Source of the DNA: Candidatus Dojkabacteria bacterium UBA2022
Lineage (GTDB): Bacteria; Patescibacteriota; Dojkabacteria; SC72
Length of the DNA stretch: 64,000 bases
Assembly: GCA_002335495.1 (NCBI GenBank)
Contig: DDBW01000006.1
Location: 72-64,071, forward strand
Reading direction: 5' to 3'
Shown here: positions 55,440-63,222 of the stretch, in pieces
Layout: every line of letters starts with the position of its first letter
Numbering within the stretch: position 1 is the stretch's first letter
Notes under the pieces: generated by a model
Database searches by the model: none
The model's input: the letters and a program-made list of their open reading frames with translations, nothing else
What the model was told of the DNA's origin: nothing
Position numbers and translations under genes: made by a program

Positions 55440-56423
55440 GTGGCAGTAACAAAGTGTCCAAAATGCGATCATTCACTTGAAGTAGATACACCCGGTAAGT
55501 ATAAATGCCCTGAATGTAAAAGCCTTTTTACATACGAAGGGAAAGACATTCCTAGAAAAGCAGAGAAAATCTCTGACAAGAAATCCTCAAATGTAGGATG
55601 TGGGACAATAATTATTATCTTTCTCGCATTAGGTGTTATTGGAGCATTTATTTCTGCTGTACAAGAAGCCCTTACTCCTGCAAGTTTTACCCTGAATGGA
55701 AGGGATGAGAGAGTCGCATCTACACCTACAACTACATTAACTTTTGAATGTGTAAAGATTGATTCTGTTAAAATAAACGATACTCTTTTGAGAGAAAGTG
55801 AGAAAGAGGGTTTATGCGATACAGGTTATGAAATATCCTTGAAGGACGGTAAAAACGAATATAAGGTACAGGCACTTGGAGATGATAAAACCTTTCAGGA
55901 AACCGTAACAATTTCATTTGATAAAAAGGCTTACGATAAAGCACAGGCAGAAATCGCTAAAAAGAAGAAAGAAGCAGAGGCGAAAAAGAAAGCGGAAGAG
56001 GAAGCTAAACTAAATGCACTTGCAAAAGATTATTGCTCACAAAGAAAAAGCGATATTAGAAAGTATCCAACACTAAAAATTGATGGCTCAAGCTATATTA
56101 TGGAGTTTAATACCGCAAAACAAGGGAGATACTTAACCCAGACAGACTGCAAAAATAGAATAACTCAATTGCTCAAGTTAGCTGAAAAGGATGGGACTGT
56201 TATTTCAGATAGTAGAATGAAAGACATAATCCAGAAGAAACATTGGATTGGAATGAGGGACTATCAATTTGTTATCTCGGTAGGTAATCCTGACGACATT
56301 AACAGTTCCAACTATGGTTCGTACAAGAGTGACCAGTATGTATACCACAAAGATTCATATGGAATAAGTGCATATTATGTCTATTTTGATGATGGAAAAC
56401 TTTCAAGTACTCAAGACTTTTGA
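55440..56423 (+). CDS. Membrane protein: N-terminal zinc ribbon, TM helix, extracytoplasmic coiled-coil and unknown C-terminal domain
   Basis: CPKCDHSLEVDTPGKYKCPECKSLF; TM GCGTIIIIFLALGVIGAFISAV; KKKEAEAKKKAEEEAK coiled-coil. Confidence 0.5.
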   Translation: MAVTKCPKCDHSLEVDTPGKYKCPECKSLFTYEGKDIPRKAEKISDKKSSNVGCGTIIIIFLALGVIGAFISAVQEALTPASFTLNGRDERVASTPTTTLTFECVKIDSVKINDTLLRESEKEGLCDTGYEISLKDGKNEYKVQALGDDKTFQETVTISFDKKAYDKAQAEIAKKKKEAEAKKKAEEEAKLNALAKDYCSQRKSDIRKYPTLKIDGSSYIMEFNTAKQGRYLTQTDCKNRITQLLKLAEKDGTVISDSRMKDIIQKKHWIGMRDYQFVISVGNPDDINSSNYGSYKSDQYVYHKDSYGISAYYVYFDDGKLSSTQDF

Positions 56424-57841
56424 TGAATATGAAAAGGATCTCTTGTCCACAATGTAATCAGACTCTTAATATAGAAAAAGAAGGTGTATATAAATGTCCC
56501 GACTGCCAAAGTACCTTTGAATATACAAAAAAGAAAGTAAATCTCTTGGAAAAGGGAAACGGTAAAACATTATCTACTCAGGTAGTTACTTACTCATTAT
56601 GGGTACTTTCCTTATTAGGAATACTCTTTTCCTTTGTGGTTTTAGCTACAAGTTTATTTGGAGGGTTTTTAGTACTACTTTCAGCTATTCTTATCATGCC
56701 TCCTATAAGGAATCTATATTCACAGAGATTGAAGGTCAGATACCTACATGCACTAATCATTTCGTTTATCTTTTTTATAGTTGGTTTGGGATACATGATG
56801 AATGTATATGTAAATAGTGATGAATATAAGCAGTCAGTTGCACAACAAGAGTCGGACAAGAAACTAGAATCAGAAAGACAAAAGAGATTAGAAGCAGAGA
56901 GAATAGCAAATGAAGAAAAGAAAGAGCGAGAAAAGGCAGAAGAACTTGCAAAAAAAGAAAAAGAGGAACGAGAGAAGTTGGAGAGGCTTATTGCAGAAGC
57001 ACAAGCAATAAATGAAGACTATCCAGAAGAAAAGGATGGAGTAAAGACAGATGTAAAGGGTACACAAGATGCAAATATAAGGTTAATTAATGAAACTGAA
57101 ACAATTTCAGATAAAGAAACAAACGAAGAGAAAACACTAACAAAGCTACTTGATGTTATTGAAGTGGTAGATGGTGACACAATAAAAGTCTCCGAACTTG
57201 GTACATTAAGACTTATTGGCATTGATACTCCAGAAACAGTAGATCCTAGAAAACCAGTACAATGCTTTGGGAAAGAAGCATCAGATAAAGCAAAATCTTT
57301 GTTGAGTGGTAAAAAGGTTAGATTGGAGTTTGATACCTCACAAGGAAGACTTGATAAATACGGAAGGACACTTGCTTATGTATACCGTGAAGATGGATTA
57401 TTTTTCAATAAAGAGATGATTAAGCAGGGCTTTGCACATGAATACACATATTCAACCCCATACAAGTACCAAAGTGAGTTTAAGAAGGCTCAGAGCGAAG
57501 CACAGGAAGCTAAGAGTGGGCTGTGGGGTAGTGCATGTAAGTGTGAGAAGGGAGAGGAAGTATCCAAGAGTTGTACCGCATGTAACCAATTGACAGTAAA
57601 GAAATACAATTGGGATTGCAGTACATATACAGAGAAAGTTTCAAGTAGCTCATGTTCTTACAAATGTTCAACTACAACTCCGGTAGCACCTAAACCATCT
57701 TCTCCATATACATGTAATTGTAGTAAAACTTGCTCACAAATAACTAGCTGTGCCGAAGCTCAATATCAATTAAAGACCTGTGGTTGTTCTGCTAGAGATG
57801 GAGATGATGATGGAATAGCTTGTGACTCTATGTGTCAGTAA
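56420..57841 (+). CDS. Membrane-anchored nuclease: zinc ribbon, 2 TM, coiled-coil, staphylococcal-nuclease (SNase/thermonuclease) domain, C-terminal Excalibur Ca-binding domain
   Basis: CPQCNQ...CPDCQSTF; LIGIDTPETVDPRKPVQCFGKEASDKAK...LDKYGRTLAYVY SNase motifs; C-terminal CAEAQYQLKTCGCSARDGDDDGIACDSMCQ Excalibur-like; start overlaps the previous gene by 4 nt. Confidence 0.7.
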   Translation: MMNMKRISCPQCNQTLNIEKEGVYKCPDCQSTFEYTKKKVNLLEKGNGKTLSTQVVTYSLWVLSLLGILFSFVVLATSLFGGFLVLLSAILIMPPIRNLYSQRLKVRYLHALIISFIFFIVGLGYMMNVYVNSDEYKQSVAQQESDKKLESERQKRLEAERIANEEKKEREKAEELAKKEKEEREKLERLIAEAQAINEDYPEEKDGVKTDVKGTQDANIRLINETETISDKETNEEKTLTKLLDVIEVVDGDTIKVSELGTLRLIGIDTPETVDPRKPVQCFGKEASDKAKSLLSGKKVRLEFDTSQGRLDKYGRTLAYVYREDGLFFNKEMIKQGFAHEYTYSTPYKYQSEFKKAQSEAQEAKSGLWGSACKCEKGEEVSKSCTACNQLTVKKYNWDCSTYTEKVSSSSCSYKCSTTTPVAPKPSSPYTCNCSKTCSQITSCAEAQYQLKTCGCSARDGDDDGIACDSMCQ

Positions 57842-57901
57842 GTAGTTGATACATTGTTATGAGGTAATTGCTTTAAAGCTCAAAATAAATATAATGAATG
57901 T

Positions 57902-59044
57902 ATGGAAACCCCTTTGGTGAACCCAATAGTCTTAAAATGGGCGAGAGAGAAGAACGGCTTCACAATACAGCAAGCCTCAAAGAAATGTGGTGTTACTGAA
58001 AGTACCTATCTTTCTTGGGAAGAAGGGAAGGTTGAGATTCCAATAAGGAAACTGCCTGTTTTTGCGAAAGTCTTCAAATATACATCTGCAATTTTTTTGT
58101 TGGATGTTATACCAGAAGAGAAGTATCCGATTGAGTTTAGAAACTTCTTTATTACATACGGAAATATAGGTAGAGAACTCAATTTAGCCATTAGATCTGC
58201 ACAATATGTACAATCAATCTTGAAAGAGTTGTCTGAATACTCTGACAACAAGTTCGTGAAAAGAATATCCGAGTTGGGAGAAAAGTCTAAGAAATTTGAA
58301 GAAATTTCCACGATCCTTGAAGAATATCTAAATCTTAATTACTCTCTTCTTCACGGGCAAAGGGATCAATTCAAGGTTTTCAAGAGGTGGAAGGAATATG
58401 TTGAATCTCAGGGAATCTCCGTTATGGAGAGAGGATTTCCACAGAATGAGGCGAGGGGCTTCTTGTTATACGATGAAATAGCCCCGGTTATTGTATTGAA
58501 TACAAAAGATTCTATTCATTCAAAAATATTCTCGTTAATACATGAGCTTGCACATGTCGTCTATAGACAATCAAGCATTGATAATGAAATAACCCTGACA
58601 GAAAACAAAAAAGGTGAAATTGAAACATTGTGTAATCAAATTGCAAGTGAAATTCTTGTTCCCCCAACTATACTTGAAGAAAGAATTATCTCTGTTCAGT
58701 CCTCTCCTTTAGAGGTAGTTATTTCGGACTTGAGCAAATATTTTTGTGTTAGTAGGGAAGTTATTGCTTATAAATTATTAGATTTGAAATACTATACAAG
58801 GTCAGTAATTGAACAATATATAGAAGAAGTAAGGCAGGAATCATTGCTATTCAAATCTAAGAAGAATAATGGAGGAGACTACTACAAAAATGTGATAGTT
58901 AACAATAGCCCATTGTATTTATTTACTGTTTTTGATGGGCTAAACAATAATAAAATCACTTTTGGTGAAGTGGTGTCAATTCTTAAAGTGAAATCAGAAA
59001 ATATAACCAAATTGGAAAGAGTTCTCCTAGACTACTATGAATAA
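57902..59044 (+). CDS. XRE-HTH fused to ImmA/IrrE-family (COG2856) zinc metallopeptidase domain
   Basis: N-terminal HTH (WAREKNGFTIQQASKKCGVTESTYLSWEEG); HEXXH motif SLIHELAHVVY. Confidence 0.7.
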   Translation: METPLVNPIVLKWAREKNGFTIQQASKKCGVTESTYLSWEEGKVEIPIRKLPVFAKVFKYTSAIFLLDVIPEEKYPIEFRNFFITYGNIGRELNLAIRSAQYVQSILKELSEYSDNKFVKRISELGEKSKKFEEISTILEEYLNLNYSLLHGQRDQFKVFKRWKEYVESQGISVMERGFPQNEARGFLLYDEIAPVIVLNTKDSIHSKIFSLIHELAHVVYRQSSIDNEITLTENKKGEIETLCNQIASEILVPPTILEERIISVQSSPLEVVISDLSKYFCVSREVIAYKLLDLKYYTRSVIEQYIEEVRQESLLFKSKKNNGGDYYKNVIVNNSPLYLFTVFDGLNNNKITFGEVVSILKVKSENITKLERVLLDYYE

Positions 59045-59501
59045 ATATTTACTTGATACAAATGCCTATATAGAAATTGATAGAGGTGCATCGGTTGATA
59101 TGTTTCCTACTACACTGTGGGCTAGTATTGGAGATTCAATAAAGAAGGGAGAGATTTTATTACTTAAGGCCGTATATAACGAAGTTACAAAGTCTAGTGA
59201 TGGATTAAGTAGCTGGATGAAAGGTTATTCAGATTTCATATACGATCACCTCGCGGATATTGATTTAATAGCAAGAGCAAAGATAATTGTAAATAAATAT
59301 CCAACAATAGTTGATCCCAAAAATATCAATGATCAAGCAGATCCATATATAATTGCTTGTGCTTATGAAAAGTCACTATGTATTGTAACGAATGAGGGTA
59401 GAAAGCATAGTAAGATAAATATCCCGTATATCTGTGATGAGTACAATATTAATTGTATTCAGTCATATGAGTTTATGAGAAACACTGGATGGAAGTTCTA
59501 G
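59037..59501 (+). CDS. DUF4411/PIN-like domain protein (predicted nuclease partner of the ImmA/IrrE-HTH gene)
   Basis: YLLDTNAYIEI N-terminal Asp motif; further acidic positions (QADPYIIACA, VTNEG); 8-nt overlap with the upstream gene. Confidence 0.5.
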   Translation: MNKYLLDTNAYIEIDRGASVDMFPTTLWASIGDSIKKGEILLLKAVYNEVTKSSDGLSSWMKGYSDFIYDHLADIDLIARAKIIVNKYPTIVDPKNINDQADPYIIACAYEKSLCIVTNEGRKHSKINIPYICDEYNINCIQSYEFMRNTGWKF

Positions 59502-59706
59502 CCAACCATAATTGTTACTTATAGTAAGTAAAAGAACCGCATTACTGGGCTTTTTTTGGGGCAAGTAAACAAATTGTTTAACATCTCACGAGTCATATAT
59601 ATTATTTTTATCCTGCTTTGGGGTTCTTGCTTTTTGGGGAAATTGATATTCGCCCTTATTTCTCATAGTCTTAAGCCATCTTTTCCCTTCGCGACAATAC
59701 AATTTA

Positions 59707-59735
59707 TTGTAAATCATAACCATATGCCCTATAAT
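59707..59735 (+). promoter_or_regulatory. Sigma70-like promoter (TTGTAA-17-TATAAT) for the graspetide precursor
   Basis: Perfect -10, good -35, 17-nt spacer, followed ~30 nt later by the AAAGGAGGTGAGG SD. Confidence 0.5.
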
Positions 59736-59767
59736 ATTCTATCTCAACCCGAAAGGAGGTGAGGTTA

Positions 59768-59863
59768 ATGTTTGCAGTGAACTTTTTCACTCGGATTGAG
59801 TCCGCTGATGCCAAAGGAACCGGCACAGTAGACAAATCCACAGGTCAGACTGACTTTGACTAG
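59768..59863 (+). CDS. Graspetide (omega-ester RiPP, microviridin-like) precursor peptide, 31 aa
   Basis: ATG 7 nt after a strong SD; MFAVNFFTRIESADAKGTGTVDKSTGQTDFD; leader FAVNFFTRI resembles the PFFARFL leader motif; Thr/Ser + Asp/Lys-rich C-terminal core; below the 60-aa ORF-track cutoff. Confidence 0.55.
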   Translation: MFAVNFFTRIESADAKGTGTVDKSTGQTDFD

Positions 59864-59885
59864 TCGTCAACCTGCAAGCAAGAAA

Positions 59886-59941
59886 GGAGATGTAGAGAAT
59901 CAATACCGTCATCAATATGACAACCCTTTCTCTACATCTCC
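59886..59941 (+). terminator. Perfect 14-bp stem hairpin between precursor and ligase (attenuator or partial terminator)
   Basis: GGAGATGTAGAGAA-N28-TTCTCTACATCTCC followed by CCAGCTCTTTC. Confidence 0.4.
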
Positions 59942-59972
59942 CCAGCTCTTTCAAATCGTTTAAGGAGACACC

Positions 59973-60908
59973 ATGCACACAGTACTAGTAATAACATCGT
60001 TGCCTGACCCCCATGTGGAAATGGTCAAGGAGCATCTTTCTGCGGATGTAGAAATGGTGATTTTTGATCCAAAGGCTCTCGGTATTTCTGGAAGTTTTAC
60101 TATTTCAGAATCAGGAGAGCTGCTTTCACTTGGTGGACAGAGTCCTGTCTCAGTCTGGTACAGAAAGCCGAAGTATTTATCAGAGTCAGAGATAGAAAAA
60201 CTTAGAGTCCCGAAAGATTATCTTCCTGCAATTGCTTCATTGCATGAAGAAGGGTTCTCACTAATCCAAGAAGCATACCCAGATAGTCTGTGGGTATCTA
60301 AACCAGCTGCAATCAAGAGAGCTTCCAACAAGCTTCTGCAATTCTTGACGGCAAAGAAGATTGGTTTCGCAATTCCGGAAACAATCTTTTCAACAGATCC
60401 AAAAGCAATTGATGAGTTACGAAGTAAGGTGGGAGACATTGTGATGAAACCATTGGGGAGACCATTTGCAAATGTAAATGGAGTACCGTCGTGGTTTTTC
60501 GCAACAGTCATCCCTGCAAGCCAGACCATGAATTATGAGGGTCTTGGATTAACACCCATGATCTTTCAGCAATTAATTCATAAGGCTTATGATTTGAGGG
60601 TAACAGTTATCGGTAACAAAGTCTTTGGATGTAAGATAGTTTCAGAGAAAATTGATTGGCGAGTAGCTCAATCAGAACCTGAGACATTGTATACTCCACT
60701 TGACCTTGATAAGGAAACTACCGAAAAATGTTTACTCATGAATCAACAGCTTGGTCTGAACTTTGGAGCCTACGACTTCGCATACTCCAATGAAGGAGAA
60801 CTTGTTTTTCTTGAGATAAATCCAAACGGACAGTGGGGATTTGTTGAGAATAAAACAGGATTACCTTTATCAAAGGCAATGGCGGAGGTGCTTATTGGTT
60901 CTTCTTAG
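59973..60908 (+). CDS. ATP-grasp RiPP maturase (graspetide/microviridin-type ligase, MdnC/MvdD-like)
   Basis: Pre-ATP-grasp N-domain (MHTVLVITSLPD), WYRKP, and FLEINPNGQWGFVENKTGLPLSKAMAEVL C-terminal motif characteristic of this ligase family; GC higher than surroundings. Confidence 0.75.
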   Translation: MHTVLVITSLPDPHVEMVKEHLSADVEMVIFDPKALGISGSFTISESGELLSLGGQSPVSVWYRKPKYLSESEIEKLRVPKDYLPAIASLHEEGFSLIQEAYPDSLWVSKPAAIKRASNKLLQFLTAKKIGFAIPETIFSTDPKAIDELRSKVGDIVMKPLGRPFANVNGVPSWFFATVIPASQTMNYEGLGLTPMIFQQLIHKAYDLRVTVIGNKVFGCKIVSEKIDWRVAQSEPETLYTPLDLDKETTEKCLLMNQQLGLNFGAYDFAYSNEGELVFLEINPNGQWGFVENKTGLPLSKAMAEVLIGSS

Positions 60909-60944
60909 ATGTGCTGGAGGGTAGTTTTTTGGTAGAATACACCA

Positions 60945-61505
60945 ATGAAACAAAGCTACCCTCCAGTTACAACTAAAAGAGTGGATGTAAAGAAAATTGC
61001 TAAAAGATTAATCATGATGGCAAAGCGAGATCAAGAAGTAAGAGATAAATACTTTGCTCTGAATGATAAAAAGTATCTGGACGAAATGTGGAAGATTGAT
61101 GAAAAGAATCAAAGGGAGTTTAAGGAAATCTTTAGGCAAGTAGGTTTAATCACCTCAGAGTATGGATCAGAAGCACAAATGTCTGCTTTCTTGATCGTTC
61201 AACACATGTCTAGAGAAGAAGTGAAGTTTATGAAAAACTACCTTTCTCTAATGAAAAAGAATATTACAGGTTATCCACTCAATATTTATGCAATGTTAGT
61301 TGACAGAGTTAGAAATTGGGAAGGTAAAGACCAGTTATACGGGACTCAGTTTATGCCTGTAGAAGGGAAAGAAAACACCTACAAACTTAAAAAGCTATAC
61401 AAGTCTCATTTGGTAGAAAAGAGAAGAATGGAGTTAGGTTTAGAGCCTCTAGGAGAGTACATTAAGAAACTTCAGGAAGAGAGGGGAGTTACTTTAATAC
61501 TTTAG
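60945..61505 (+). CDS. Hypothetical protein
   Basis: ORF; start codon lies in the loop of an 11-bp stem (60914..60966). Confidence 0.35.
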   Translation: MKQSYPPVTTKRVDVKKIAKRLIMMAKRDQEVRDKYFALNDKKYLDEMWKIDEKNQREFKEIFRQVGLITSEYGSEAQMSAFLIVQHMSREEVKFMKNYLSLMKKNITGYPLNIYAMLVDRVRNWEGKDQLYGTQFMPVEGKENTYKLKKLYKSHLVEKRRMELGLEPLGEYIKKLQEERGVTLIL

Positions 61506-61617
61506 TACCTTCTAATTGCTTTATCTAGATCATGTATAATCAATACCAACCTTCTTTCTTGGGCTTCTGGGTGGTACAATATCTCTGACCATTTTCCCAT
61601 TATGATATGATATTAAT

Positions 61618-62043
61618 ATGACGCAAGAAATTGAAGAAGAAATAAAGGCACATATTGCATTAGGAATCATTTTGAATGAGAAAGGTGAAGTCCTTATTAT
61701 TCAGAGAATCAAGGAAGAAAAGGGGGCAGGTGAAGTTACCCTCAATTGGGCGTTTCCAGGTGGGAAAATTGAAGAAGGTGAAGATAGCGTAAGTACTTCT
61801 ATAAGGGAAGTATTGGAAGAGACAGGGTATTCAGTAAGCATTAGTAATGAAATTTCAGGAAGAAAACATCCTCAATTTCCAGTATATGTTCATTACATGG
61901 CAGGTGTTTTACTCTCATCTACCCAGCTTGATTACGACCAGTCTGAAATAAAAGAGGTTAAGTGGGTTAAACCTGAACAATTGAAAGATTACTTCTCAAC
62001 CGACTTTGACGAGAAGGTACAAGACAGCCTAGGGATTCACTAA
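61618..62043 (+). CDS. NUDIX hydrolase
   Basis: GGKIEEGEDSVSTSIREVLEETGY Nudix box. Confidence 0.7.
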   Translation: MTQEIEEEIKAHIALGIILNEKGEVLIIQRIKEEKGAGEVTLNWAFPGGKIEEGEDSVSTSIREVLEETGYSVSISNEISGRKHPQFPVYVHYMAGVLLSSTQLDYDQSEIKEVKWVKPEQLKDYFSTDFDEKVQDSLGIH

Positions 62044-62087
62044 TGATTTCAAATTGATTGCTAATTAGAAAGATATACTATCAATGA

Positions 62088-62153
62088 GTAGTTAGTTTTA
62101 AGTTCCATGCTTTGAAGTGTCGCCCACCATTTTTCGTTCTCTACCCATAAATG
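62088..62153. repeat. att-like direct repeat A (degenerate tRNA-Val 3' end, gttttaagttccaTgct...gtcgcccaccattttt)
   Basis: 12-13 nt identical to the tRNA-Val terminus plus flank similarity; partner copy at 63148..63210. Confidence 0.45.
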
Positions 62154-62169
62154 ATTCTGTATTGTAATA

Positions 62170-63147
62170 TTGGATGAAATGTCAGAATCTTTAATTGAAA
62201 ACCGGCCACAAATACCTCAATCACTTGGTGAAACAGATTTGCGAAATTATTTATCTCAAAGGGATATTGTCCTTAGCGATGAGGAGTTGGAACACTGTAG
62301 ACTGATTGAAGTACCAGATGGGGTACCTATACTAATCATTGATCGTGAACACGATGAGTGGGAAGGCGGTGATGACCCGCTCCTGGCAAAATGTTTAGGC
62401 AGTCCTTCCTGCAAAGAATTTATCCCAGAATATTTTCTTCCCGACCTCAAAAGGGATGAGGATAAATACCCAGATTTTGTTAAAAAGCTTATGGGGTTCA
62501 GCGCTGATGATACAAACGCTGCATATGAGAAGAGGGGGGGATTCTTCTATTATCATGCACAAAAGTTTATGGGAGTGGAAGGAAAGAAAGTTTCTGTTGT
62601 TGATATTGCAAACACTGGCTTGTATGAAGCATATTTCAGCCTCTGGCCAGCAGTGTATTCGTTAACAGGCAGTGCATTACCACTTCCCCCAACACTTAAA
62701 ATCATCACAGTATTAGCGCCGTGGGTAATGCGGGCAATTAACTACATTGGTGATGGTCAAAAAGTAGGGGATCAAAAGACAAATGAAAACGGACGCGGTA
62801 TATATGACAAACGCCATATAAATAGCTATGAAAAAGCCATTTACGACATGGAAGATGCAAGACGAGTATATGCAGCAAGGGCGCTAGAGAAATTAAGTAA
62901 TGACAGGAAAAAACAATATCCAAATAATGATCAACTATTAGTGGCTGTATATCCTAAGGCGCATGCAATGAGAATAGCCAACTATTTAACCAATTTAAAT
63001 CCATCTACGGCAATTTCCACACAAGTCAAGAATCTCTTATACCGATACCCAGGCTTGGAATTTTCAACAAGAACATATGAGAAAAAGAAAAGCTATGGTA
63101 GCAAACCAGAGGGTTATTGGGATTTAGTTGAAAACGTTAAATTCTAA
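62170..63147 (+). CDS. Hypothetical protein (325 aa) in a cassette flanked by the A/B repeats
   Basis: ORF only. Confidence 0.4.
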   Translation: MDEMSESLIENRPQIPQSLGETDLRNYLSQRDIVLSDEELEHCRLIEVPDGVPILIIDREHDEWEGGDDPLLAKCLGSPSCKEFIPEYFLPDLKRDEDKYPDFVKKLMGFSADDTNAAYEKRGGFFYYHAQKFMGVEGKKVSVVDIANTGLYEAYFSLWPAVYSLTGSALPLPPTLKIITVLAPWVMRAINYIGDGQKVGDQKTNENGRGIYDKRHINSYEKAIYDMEDARRVYAARALEKLSNDRKKQYPNNDQLLVAVYPKAHAMRIANYLTNLNPSTAISTQVKNLLYRYPGLEFSTRTYEKKKSYGSKPEGYWDLVENVKF

Positions 63148-63210
63148 GAATCAAAATAACACCAGTTTTAAGTTCCAGGCTACTTTGTACTGCCCACCAT
63201 TTTTTAGAAA
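63148..63210. repeat. att-like direct repeat B (gttttaagttccaGgct...ctgcccaccatttttt)
   Basis: About 45-nt similarity to repeat A. Confidence 0.4.
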
Positions 63211-63222
63211 TTACCTTAACAA

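Larger units (their letters stand above)
50643..62153. mobile_element. Putative integrative island in the tRNA-Val 3' end (~11.5 kb)
   Basis: Integrase abutting the tRNA; degenerate 27-nt copy of the tRNA 3' end plus flank at ~62127..62153 (22/27 identical: cgcccaccattt.tc.t.ctctaccc); phage-like and defence-like cargo. Confidence 0.45.

Noticed and set aside
59630-59660. atattcgccc similar to the tRNA-Val 3' end as an alternative attR
   Set aside because: Only ~9 nt with an indel; far weaker than the 22/27 match at ~62127.
59787-59978. 63-aa minus-strand ORF
   Set aside because: Antisense to the promoter/SD-driven precursor peptide and to the hairpin; no SD; composition not coding-like.
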